This document shows positions 63,860-64,000 of a DNA stretch of 64,000 nucleotides, one piece after another; position 1 is the stretch's first letter, and each line of letters starts with the position of its first letter. Where the stretch lies: assembly GCF_018977255.1 (NCBI RefSeq), contig NW_024704770.1, positions 1,178,001 to 1,242,000 on the forward strand. The letters run 5' to 3'. The stretch comes from Callorhinchus milii (Eukaryota). A model generated the notes under the pieces. That model had not been told where the DNA came from and searched no databases. It saw nothing but the letters and a program-made list of their open reading frames with translations. The position numbers and the translations under genes are program-made.

Positions 63860-64000
63860 GTGCAGTTGTCTGCCATATTTTGCCCGCAAATATATCGTCA
63901 ATCTACTTTACAGTATATTCTGCGAAGCGTTTGAGACATCTCAAAGACACAATAAGGTGCTATATCAAATGGAAGGATTGTTACTATTATTATTATATTA
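63860..64000 (+). mobile_element. DeuSINE 3' fragment
   Basis: GCCCGCAAATATA..TCAA..ACTTTACAGTATATTCTG...TATATCAAATG. Confidence 0.78.

Noticed and set aside
28-64000. CRISPR-like array or prokaryotic defence system
   Set aside because: The repeats are ~300 bp, dispersed and in both orientations, with no regular spacers, no cas genes and no operon-like gene density

Overview
This is AT-rich, repeat-dense eukaryotic DNA with no recognisable intact protein-coding gene. It reads as a large vertebrate intron or gene desert. The repeat set (tRNA-Ala-headed DeuSINE, SacSINE-like elements, CR1, L2 and a Penelope-type hammerhead fragment) suggests a cartilaginous fish, probably a chimaera; this is inference. 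Nearly all supplied ORFs are SINE/LINE read-throughs or chance. Main content is more than 30 copies or fragments of one tRNA-Ala DeuSINE in old and young subfamilies, many 5'-truncated CR1 and L2 LINEs with nested insertions, and two older SINE families. The most notable signals are: a ~215-bp near-perfect fold-back palindrome centred on a CR1-type tail (15199-15412); a perfect 24-bp double-octamer palindrome (45230-45253); a decayed minimal hammerhead ribozyme (21254-21292); fossil Sola-like and Kolobok-like transposase frames; a 712-bp TIR element with a 6-bp TSD; SINE tail convergence onto the local L2 stem-loop; and a posterior-Hox/Pbx/Meis motif cluster. I found no new multi-gene system. 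Coordinates of old repeats are approximate, and family names are recalled, not database-verified.
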